The notes under the pieces: generated by a model
Told to the model about the DNA's origin: nothing
Databases searched by the model: none
Seen by the model: only the letters and a program-made list of their open reading frames with translations
Position numbers and translations under genes: made by a program
Shown here: positions 57,501 through 64,000 of the stretch, piece after piece
Layout of the letters: each line of letters opens with the position of its first letter
Position numbering within the stretch: position 1 is the stretch's first letter
From: Balanoglossus misakiensis
Taxonomy: Eukaryota > Animalia > Hemichordata
Assembly (NCBI GenBank): GCA_040954595.2
Contig: CM082591.2
Span: 10,805,309 to 10,869,308, forward strand
Reading direction: 5' to 3'
DNA: 64,000 nucleotides

Positions 57501-59760
57501 GTGCTCTGCGCATCACAACTGATTTCCTTAAATAACCGAGGCTGTGTTTGGAAGCATCCATTGAAATTTTAGAACTATCCGTCGATCTACCGAGTCTATC
57601 AGAAAACTTTCTCATGCGCATAGGTCTATCGTGTGTTCTGCGCATCACAACAGATTTCCTCAAATAAAGGAGGCTGTGTTTGGAAGCAACCATGGAAATT
57701 TTAGAACTATCCGTCGATCGACAAAGTCTAGTGGAAAACTTTCTTATGCGCATAGACCTATCATGTGTTCTGCGCATCACAACAGAATTTTGTAAACAAA
57801 CGAGGCCGTGTTTGGAAGCAACCATGGAAACTTTAGAACTATCCGTCGATCTACAGAGTCTAGAGGAAAACTTTCTTATACTCATAGGCCTATCATGTGT
57901 TCTGCGCATCACAACAGAATTTTGTAAACAAACGAGGCTGTGTTTGGAAGCAACCATGGAAACTTTAGAACTATCCGTCGATCTACAGAGTCTAGTGGAA
58001 AACTTTCTTATGCACATAGACCTATCATGTGTTCTGCGCATCACAACAGAATTTTGTAAACAAACGAGGCTGTGTTTGGAAGCAACCATGGAAACTTTAC
58101 AACTATCCGTCGATCTACAGAGTCTAGTGGAAAACTTTGTTATGCGCATAGACCTATCATGTGTTCTGCGCATCACAACAGAATTTTGTAAACAAACGAG
58201 GCTGTGTTTGGAAGCAACCATGTAAACTTTAGAACTATCCGTCGTTCTACAGAGTCTAGAGGAAAACTTTCTTATGCGCATAGACCTATCATGTGTTCTG
58301 CGCATCACAACAGAATTTTGTAAATAAACGAGGCTGTGTTTGGAAGCAACCATGGAAATTTTAGAACTATCCGTCGATCTACAGAGTCTAGTGGAAAACT
58401 TTCTTATGTGCATAGGTCTATCATGTGTTCTGCGCATCACAACATAATTTTGTAAACAATCGAGGCTGTGTTTGGAAGCAACCATGGAAACTTTAGAACT
58501 ATCCGTCGATCTACAGAGTCTAGTGGAAAACTTTCTTATGCGCATAGGCCTATCATGTGTTCTGCGCATCACAACAGAATTCGGTAAATAAAGGAGGGTG
58601 TGTTTGGAAGCAACCATGGAAACTTTAGAACTATCCGTCGATCGACAGAGTCTAGTGGAAAACTTTCTTATCCTCATAGGCCTATCATGTGTTCTGCGCA
58701 TCACAACAGAATTTTGTAAACAAACGAGGCTGTGTTTGGAAGCAACCATGGAAACTTTAGAACTATCCGTCGATCTACAGAGTCTAGAGGAAAACTTTCT
58801 TATCCTCATAGGCCTATCATGTGTTCTGCGCATCACAACAGAATTTTGTAAACAAACGAGGCTGTGTTTGGAAGCAACCTCTGAAACTTTAGAACTATCC
58901 GTCGATCTACAGAGTCCAGTGGAAAACTTTCTTATGCGCATAGACCTATCATGTGTTCTGCGCATCACAACAGAATTTTGTAAACAAACGAGGCTGTGTT
59001 TGGAAGCAACCATGGAAACTTTAGAACTATCCGTCGATCTACAGAGTCTAGTGGAAAACTTTCTTATCCTCATAGGCCTATCATGTGTTCTGCGCATCAC
59101 AACAGAATTTTGTAAACAAACGAGGATGTGTTTGGAAGCAACCATGGAAATTTTAGAACTATCCGTCGATCTACAGAGTCTAGTGGAAAACTTTCTTATG
59201 TGCATAGGTCTATCATGTGTTCTGCGCATCACAACATAATTTTGTAAACAATCGAGGCTGTGTTTGGAAGCAACCATGGAAACTTTAGAACTATCCGTCG
59301 ATCTACAGAGTCTAGTGGAAAACTTTCTTATGCGCATAGACCTATCATGTGTTCTGCGCATCACAACAGAATTCTGTAAACAAACAGGCTGTGTTTGGAA
59401 GCAACCATGGAAACTTTAGAACTATCCGTCGATCTACATAGTCTAGTGGAAAACTTTCTTATCCTCATAGACCTATCATGTGTTCTGTGCATCACAACAG
59501 AATTTTGTAAACAAACGAGGCCGTGTTTGGAAGCAACCATGGAAACTTTAGAACTATCCGTCGATCTACAGAGTCTAGAGAAAAACTTTCTTATCCTCAT
59601 AGGCCTATCATGTGTTCTGCGCATCACAACAGAATTTTGTAAACAAACGAGGATGTGTTTGGAAGCAACCATGGAAATTTTAGAACTATCCGTCGATCTA
59701 CAGAGTCTAGTGGAAAACTTTCTTATGTGCATAGGTCTATCATGTGTTCTGCGCATCACA
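51560..59760 (+). repeat. Near-perfect tandem duplication of a 31-monomer (4089/4090 bp) block (domain D)
   Basis: Rare variants recur at a 4089 offset: ACTATTCGTC (~51906/55995), GAAGCTTTAG (~52551/56640), TATCACGTG (~53016/57105), TTTAGAAGC (~53066/57155), CCATTGAAAT (~53470/57559), ATGCACATAG (~53921/58010). Confidence 0.9.
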
Positions 59761-61329
59761 ACATAATTTTGTAAACAATCGAGGCTGTGTTTGGAAGCAA
59801 CCATGGAAACTTTAGAACTATCCATCGATCTACAGAGTCTAGTGGAAAACTTTCTTATGCGCATAGACCTATCATGTGTTCTGCGCATCACAACAGAATT
59901 CTGTAAACAAACAGGCTGTGTTTGGAAGCAACCATGGAAACTTTAGAACTATCCGTCGATCTACATAGTCTAGTGGAAAACTTTCTTATCCTCATAGACC
60001 TATCATGTGTTCTGTGCATCACAACAGAATTTTGTAAACAAACGAGGCCGTGTTTGGAAGCAACCATGGAAACTTTAGAACTATCCGTCGATCTACAGAG
60101 TCTAGAGAAAAACTTTCTTATCCTCATAGGCCTATCATGTGTTCTGCGCATCACAACAGAATTTTGTAAACAAACGAGGATGTGTTTGGAAGCAACCATG
60201 GAAATTTTAGAACTATCCGTCGATCTACAGAGTCTAGTGGAAAACTTTCTTATGTGCATAGGTCTATCATGTGTTCTGCGCATCACAACATAATTTTGTA
60301 AACAATCGAGGCTGTGTTTGGAAGCAACCATGGAAACTTTAGAACTATCCGTCGATCTACAGAGTCTAGTGGAAAACTTTCTTATGCGCATAGGCCTATC
60401 ATGTGTTCTGCGCATCACAACAGAATTCGGTAAATAAAGGAGGGTGTGTTTGGAAGCAACCATGGAAACTTTAGAACTATCCGTCGATCGACAGAGTCTA
60501 GTGGAAAACTTTCTTATCCTCATAGGCCTATCATGTGTTCTGCGCATCACAACAGAATTTTGTAAACAAACGAGGCTGTGTTTGGAAGCAACCATGGAAA
60601 CTTTAGAACTATCCGTCGATCTACAGAGTCTAGAGGAAAACTTTCTTATCCTCATAGGCCTATCATGTGTTCTGCGCATCACAACAGAATTTTGTAAACA
60701 AACGAGGCTGTGTTTGGAAGCAACCTCTGAAACTTTAGAACTATCCGTCGATCTACAGAGTCCAGTGGAAAACTTTCTTATGCGCATAGACCTATCATGT
60801 GTTCTGCGCATCACAACAGAATTTTGTAAACAAACGAGGCTGTGTTTGGAAGCAACCATGGAAACTTTAGAACTATCCGTCGATCTACAGAGTCTAGTGG
60901 AAAACTTTCTTATACGCATAGACCTATCAGGTGTTCTGCGCATCACAACAGAATTTTGTAAACAAACGAGGCTGTGTTTGGAAGCAACCATGGAAACTTT
61001 AGAACTATCCGTCGTTCTACAGAGTCTAGAGGAAAACTTTCTTATCCTCATAGGCCTATCATGTGTTCTGCGCATCACAACAGAATTTTGTAAACAAACG
61101 AGGCTGTGTTTGAAACCAACAATGGAAACTTTAGAACTATCCGTCGATCTACAGAGTCTAGTGGAAAACTTTCTTATGCGCATAGACCTATCATGTGTTC
61201 TGCGCATCACAACAGAATTTTGTAAACAAACGAGGCTGTGTTTGGAAGCAACAATGGAAACTTTAGAACTATCCGTCGATCTACAGAGTCTAGTGGAAAA
61301 CTTTCTTATGCGCATAGACCTATCATGTG

Positions 61330-64000
61330 TTCTGCGCATCACAACAGAATTTTGTAAACAAACGAGGCTGTGTTCGGAAGCAACCATGGAAACTTTAGAA
61401 CTATCCGTCGATCTACAGAGTCTAGTGGAAAACTTTCTTATGCGCATAGGCCTATCATGTGTTCTGCGCATCACAACATATTTCCTTAAATAAACGAGGC
61501 TGTGTTTGGAAGCAACCATGGAAATTTTAGAACTATCCGTCGATCTACAGAGTCTAGTGGAAAACTTTCTTATGTGCATAGGTCTATCATGTGTTCTGCG
61601 CATCACAACAGAATTCGGTAAATAAACGAGGGTGTGTTTGGAAGCAACCATGGAAACTTTAGAACTATCCGTCGATCTACAGAGTCTAGTGGAAAACTTT
61701 CTTAAGCGCATAGACCTATCATGTGTTCTGCGCATCACAACAGAATTTTGTAAACAAACGAGGCTGTGTTCGGAAGCAACCATGGAAACTTTAGAACTAT
61801 CCGTCGATCTACAGAGTCTAGTGGAAAACTTTCTTATGCGCATAGGCCTATCATGTGTTCTGCGCATCACAACATATTTCCTTAAATAAACGAGGCTGTG
61901 TTTGGAAGCAACCATGGAAATTTTAGAACTATCCGTCGATCTACAGAGTCTAGTGGAAAACTTTCTTATGTGCATAGGTCTATCATGTGTTCTGCGCATC
62001 ACAACAGAATTCGGTAAATAAACGAGGGTGTGTTTGGAAGCAACCATGGAAACTTTAGAACTATCCGTCGATCTACAGAGTCTAGTGGAAAACTTTCTTA
62101 TGCGCATAGACCTATCATGTGTTCTGCGCATCACAACATAATTTTGTAAACAAACGAGGCTGTGTTCGGAAGCAACCATGGAAACTTTAGAACTATCCGT
62201 CGATCTACAGAGTCTAGTGGAAAACTTTCTTATGCGCATAGGCCTATCATGTGTTCTGCGCATCACAACATATTTCCTTAAATAAACGAGGCTGTGTTTG
62301 GAAGCAACCATGGAAACTTTAGAACTATCCGTCGATCGACAGAGTCTAGTGGAAAACTTTCTTATGCGCATAGACCTATCATGTGTTCTGCGCATCACAA
62401 CAGAATTTTGTAAACAAACGAGGCTGTGTTTGGAAGCAACCATGGAAACTTTAGAACTATCCGTCGATCTACAGAGTCTAGTGGAAAACTTTCTTATGTG
62501 CATAGGTCTATCATGTGTTCTGCGCATCACAACATAATTTTGAAAACAATCGAGGCTGTGTTTGGAAGCAACCATGGAAACTTTAGAACTATCCGTCGAT
62601 CTACAGAGTCTAGTGGAAAACTTTCTTATGCGCATAGGCCTATCATGTTTTCTGCGCATCACAACATAATTTTGTAAACAAACGAGGCTGTGTTTGGAAG
62701 CAACCATGGAAACTTTAGAACTATCCGTCGATCGACAGAGTCTAGTGGAAAACTTTCTTATGCGCATAGACCTATCATGTGTTCTGCGCATCACAACAGA
62801 ATTTTGTAAACAAACGAGGCTGTGTTTGGAAGCAACCATGGAAACTTTACAACTATCCGTCGATCTACAGAGTCTAGTGGAAAACTTTCTTATGCGCATA
62901 GACCTATCATGTGTTCTGCGCATCACAACAGAATTTTGTAAACAAACGAGGCTGTGTTCGGAAGCAACCATGGAAACTTTAGAACTATCCGTCGATCTAC
63001 AGAGTCTACTGGAAAACTTTCTTATGCGCATAGGCCTATCATGTTTTCTGCGCATCACAACAGAATTTTGTAAACAAACGAGGCTGTGTTTGGAAGCAAC
63101 CATGGAAACTTTAGAACTATCCGTCGATCGACAGAGTCTAGTGGAAAACTTTCTTATGCGCATAGACCTATCATGTGTTCTGCGCATCACAACAGAATTT
63201 TGTAAACAAACGAGGCCGTGTTCGGAAGCAACCATGGAAACTTTAGAACTATCCGTCGATCTACAGAGTCTAGTGGAAAACTTTCTCATGCGCATAGGCC
63301 TATCATGTGTTCTGCGCATCACAACATATTTTCTTAAATAAACGAGGCTGTGTTTGGAAGCAACCATGGAAATTTTAGAATTATCCGTCGATCTACAGAG
63401 TCTAGTGGAAAACTTTCTTATGTGCATAGGTCTATCATGTGTTCTGCGCATCACAACAGAATTCGGTAAATAAACGAGGGTGTGTTTGGAAGCAACCATG
63501 GAAACTTTAGAACTATCCGTCGATCTACAGAGTCTAGTGGAAAACTTTCTTATGCGCATAGACCTATCATGTGTTCTGCGCATCACAACATAATTTTGTA
63601 AACAAACGAGGCTGTGTTCGGAAGCAACCATGGAAACTTTAGAACTATCCGTCGATCTACAGAGTCTAGTGGAAAACTTTCTTATGCGCATAGGCCTATC
63701 ATGTGTTCTGCGCATCACAACATATTTCCTTAAATAAACGAGGCTGTGTTTGGAAGCAACCATGGAAACTTTAGAACTATCCGTCGATCGACAGAGTCTA
63801 GTGGAAAACTTTCTTATGCGCATAGACCTATCATGTGTTCTGCGCATCACAACAGAATTTTGTAAACAAACGAGGCTGTGTTTGGAAGCAACCATGGAAA
63901 CTTTAGAACTATCCGTCGATCTACAGAGTCTAGTGGAAAACTTTCTTATGTGCATAGGTCTATCATGTGTTCTGCGCATCACAACATAATTTTGAAAACA
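61330..64000 (+). repeat. HOR domain E: 3-mer (396 bp) repeats followed by an 11-mer (1452 bp) period
   Basis: New variant TGTTCGGAAG at ~61371, 61767 and 62163 (396 spacing), and again at ~63615 (62163 + 1452). ORF track segments 62298..62537 and 63750..63989 are identical at a 1452 offset. Confidence 0.8.

Larger units (their letters stand above)
1..64000 (+). repeat. 132-bp tandem satellite DNA array (about 485 monomers, head-to-tail, single orientation, runs off both window ends)
   Basis: The same 132-bp unit recurs continuously, e.g. CCATGGAAA at 129, 261 and 393. ORF translations repeat every 44 aa. Most monomers differ from consensus by only a few substitutions. No non-repeat sequence seen. 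Confidence 0.99.

Noticed and set aside
64-63989. Long ORFs on both strands (up to 1626 aa) as protein-coding genes
   Set aside because: They are translations of the 132-bp unit, overlap antisense to each other, and start or end at recurrent indels or SNVs. They have no unique termini or recognisable domain, and variants show no visible synonymous bias.
1-64000. CRISPR array or other repeat-spacer system
   Set aside because: There are no unique spacers. The whole 132 bp is repeated, the variable segment consists of related alleles reused many times, and no cas genes or leader are present.
1-64000. Transposon insertions, inversions or telomeric repeats within the array
   Set aside because: The 132-bp register is kept throughout, with all marker spacings equal to n x 132 plus or minus a few bp. 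No strand switch or foreign sequence was seen.
1-64000. Synthetic construct suggested by many restriction sites (NcoI, FspI, EcoRI, XbaI, StuI, PvuI)
   Set aside because: The hierarchical, position-dependent pattern of shared variants indicates natural concerted evolution. The sites simply reflect short palindromes.

Overview
The whole window is one uninterrupted head-to-tail tandem array of a 132-bp monomer (about 485 copies, about 41% GC, one orientation), i.e. satellite DNA, most likely eukaryotic centromeric or pericentromeric. Consensus read from position 1: GAAACTTTAGAACTATCCGTCGATCTACAGAGTCTAGTGGAAAACTTTCTTATGCGCATAGACCTATCATGTGTTCTGCGCATCACAACAGAATTTTGTAAACAAACGAGGCTGTGTTTGGAAGCAACCATG. 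I found no unique sequence, genes, RNA genes, transposons or CRISPR spacers. The long ORFs arise because 132 is divisible by 3 and two frames of the consensus lack stops. The real structure is in how variants are arranged. Diagnostic SNVs and two recurrent indels (+1 T in 27 copies, -1 G in 18 copies) define higher-order repeats (HORs) of variable length. They also define about five successive variant domains and several recent multi-kb tandem duplications (for example 2377 bp and 4089/4090 bp). I cannot name the satellite family or organism from sequence alone, and centromere function is inference only.
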